Part shown: positions 63,480 through 64,000 of the stretch, in pieces | How positions within the stretch are numbered: the stretch's first letter is position 1 | Layout of the letters: the number at the start of each line of letters is the position of its first letter | NCBI GenBank assembly: GCA_040900375.1 | Contig: JBBDZC010000008.1 | Location: 2,182 to 66,181, forward strand | Source of the DNA: Candidatus Anderseniibacteriota bacterium | Lineage (GTDB): Bacteria > Patescibacteriota > Andersenbacteria > UBA10190 | Direction: 5' to 3' | DNA length: 64,000 bases | Program-made: the position numbers and the translations under genes | The notes under the pieces: model-generated | Databases searched by the model: none | The model's input: only the letters and a program-made list of their open reading frames with translations | Told to the model about the DNA's origin: nothing

Positions 63480-64000
63480 TTAACTAAAACGGGGACGGAC
63501 GACCACGCGGCGATTTGGCTCCTGCCCGGTGCTCTCGGTGCTCACTTCTGGATGAGTAGCTAAAGCCGTATGGAGCACACGCCGGTCGGCGGCCCCCATG
63601 GGTTCGAGGGTGACAGTACGCCCAGTCTGGCGGGCACGTCGGGCTGCTGCTTCCGCTAATTGAGTCAGTGTTCGTTCCCGCCGAGCGCGGTAGCCATTAA
63701 CATCGACGATAACGTACAGAGGGCTACCTAACTGGCGGCGGAGAATAGAGCGGATGATATGTTGCAGGGCTTCGAGGTGAGTCCCATGAGTACCGATAAG
63801 TAGTTTACCAGTTTCACCCGCTTCAATGCTCAATTGCAATTGAGCTTCGGCAGCGTGAGGCCTCGTGGTGACTTTGGCAGGCTCACTACTTAAAGCGGCA
63901 TTTTTCAGAAGTTCATCGTCGGCTTCTTCTGGAGAAGAGGTGGCGAGTGTCGCCGGCGGCAGGGAGAGGCGGCGGCAATGGACACGGATCTCAATAAAAC
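63480..64000 (-). CDS. jag: Jag/EloR (KhpB) KH plus R3H protein, 5' end beyond window
   Basis: LIG.HG..L.ALQ, DVNGYR, PM...RR..H, S.G.EPNRRVV; frame open to 64000. Confidence 0.92.
   Translation of the reverse strand, partial: FIEIRVHCRRLSLPPATLATSSPEEADDELLKNAALSSEPAKVTTRPHAAEAQLQLSIEAGETGKLLIGTHGTHLEALQHIIRSILRRQLGSPLYVIVDVNGYRARRERTLTQLAEAAARRARQTGRTVTLEPMGAADRRVLHTALATHPEVSTESTGQEPNRRVVVRPRFS

Overview
Chromosomal segment of a Patescibacteria (CPR; Parcubacteria/OD1-like) bacterium using genetic code 11. The assignment rests on 16S signatures, the gene set and the CPR-type type IV secretion locus. Housekeeping genes include ftsH, rnhB-rpmF-nusB-rnc-rpsP-khpA-trmD, infB-rbfA-nrnA-ymdB-HU, pcrA-ksgA and jag. 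The rRNA locus is split in the order 16S, tRNA-Ile, cca, ORF, tRNA-Ala, 3 ORFs, 23S, 5S, with separate promoters and terminators. The 23S carries an ORF-less group I intron at E. coli position 2500 and three expansion insertions. The window has six tRNAs, two of them followed by AT-rich accessory islets. The T4SS cluster (VirB6-, PrgI-, VirB4- and VirB2-like) is preceded by Ca-binding surface proteins and faces a glycosylation cluster. The most striking observation is at the 5S locus. A complete canonical 5S rRNA (28481-28596) is nested, on its own long stem, inside loop C of a second, divergent 5S-like RNA (28380-28790). That outer RNA keeps compensatory base pairs and carries four further palindromic insertions. 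All calls come from reading the sequence; no database searches were run.
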